DNA from: Lingula anatina
Lineage: Eukaryota; Animalia; Brachiopoda
Assembly: GCA_051362555.1 (NCBI GenBank)
Contig: CM120641.1
Span: 24,744,401-24,808,400, forward strand
DNA length: 64,000 nt
Direction of reading: 5' to 3'
Each line of letters opens with the position of its first letter. Within the stretch, counting starts at the first letter, position 1. This document shows, one piece after another, positions 62,710-64,000 of this stretch. The position numbers and the translations under genes were made by a program. The notes under the pieces are model-generated. The model was not told where the DNA came from. It did not search any database and saw only the letters and a program-made list of their open reading frames with translations.

Positions 62710-64000
62710 GTAAGCTCCTTTTTTTCTTATGACACATTTTTTCTGTTGTTGGTATACTTCACAACAATAATGTACGTGCTATTATAGTGCACACACGTGG
62801 GATAAGGAAACGGGAAATGATTACCACGCACTATCGTTTAATATTACCGGAACGAAAGTGCAAAGCACACAGCGTTACCAAAAGTTGATTGTTTTTCCTA
62901 GGGCAGAGCAATATTGGAAATACAATATTTATGATCACTCAGGTGGTGTCATGATTTATCATTTCGTGTTGGGCTTTGTTGCATTGTATTTCAGGTGTTC
63001 TTCACTGAGTCAGACGTCTGCTTGTAAATTAGCATATGTCATCATGTTCTTTGTCAATTTCATTAGTGTGAAATGGATTAACAGAAATAATTCTAGGTAC
63101 GACCTTTAACAAAATTGAACAAATGTATGGAGAGTCTTGCTCTTGAATGTTGATTGGTGCGTAATTGAAGTTTTATAATGAGATTAACAGCTGTGAACTA
63201 AACAATGTATGATAATGGCTTTACAGGTAGTTATAACTATACTAGTATGGGGGGTTGCTCTTTTTTCTCTCTCTTCTTTATGTTTTTACAAAAATGAAAA
63301 GGTCATACATGATCATTTTTTATTTCTTTTTGTAGAGTCATTTATTTCAACAGATAACTGCAGAATTACAACTCAGTATCCTGTTTTTTAAACTTAATAT
63401 TTCTTTGTCACCCAAGTCAATCTGGGCAGACGAGTGATGTCATGCTCTAGCAGAAATTAATTTAAGAATTGCCTGACGGTTTGTTTCAGAAGTCTTCTTG
63501 AAGGCATGTTCCTAACTGATGAAATTAAAGATATGAGTTGAAGTGATCTCAGTAAAGTTACCCTTCAGTGTTGACGTATGTCAGGAGCGCAATATGGTAT
63601 TCTGATGTTAAAAGAAGAAAAGTAACATACAGACATAATAGTTCACCTCCAGTCTAAAGTGGTATTTGACTCATTTCCCCAATAATGTAAGCTTTGTATG
63701 ATATTGTTTGTTCCAATTCATTATACAAATGATCCTGTTAGCCGACCACACATGTTTCTCATCATCTATTTTAATCCAGTTAATATGCGCACTAGGCATG
63801 TTTGCTGAGAATGTAGGAGACCTCAGGACAAGTAAATATTACAGTGGAGCTTAATGTAACATACACCTGGCAAGCTGTTTGACGGAATGACATTTTGTGG
63901 CAGGTATAAATACTGTATCGTTGTCCATATGGAGGTGGAGTTAAAATAAAATACCATAGCCTTATCAAAAGTGTATCACCTTGAACCGCTGTGTACACAC

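Overview
AT-rich, intron-rich animal DNA, probably a marine invertebrate (mollusc/lophotrochozoan is a guess from the repeat types). It holds a tandem duplication of a 16-coding-exon LRRC45 gene on the minus strand: an intact 670-aa copy at 7422-15721 and a diverged copy at 277-4758 that runs off the left edge. On the plus strand are a large 11-coding-exon gene for an uncharacterised ~2100-aa coiled-coil/disordered protein (39184-52454) and the first coding exon of a third gene (62488-62709). Mobile DNA includes a 5'-truncated RTE LINE, HINE/DINE-1-like elements, MITEs, a probable P-like excision footprint and an inverted Penelope-type hammerhead pair. The most unusual object is a very young, rearranged Gypsy element (18690-20673). 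It has TAGA...TCTA ends and a primer-binding site that does not begin with the usual TGG. That site is perfectly complementary to a sequence formed only when a 120-nt GT-AG intron inside the LTR is spliced out, which suggests splicing-dependent self-priming (inference). All coordinates and counts were read by hand; no database searches were run.
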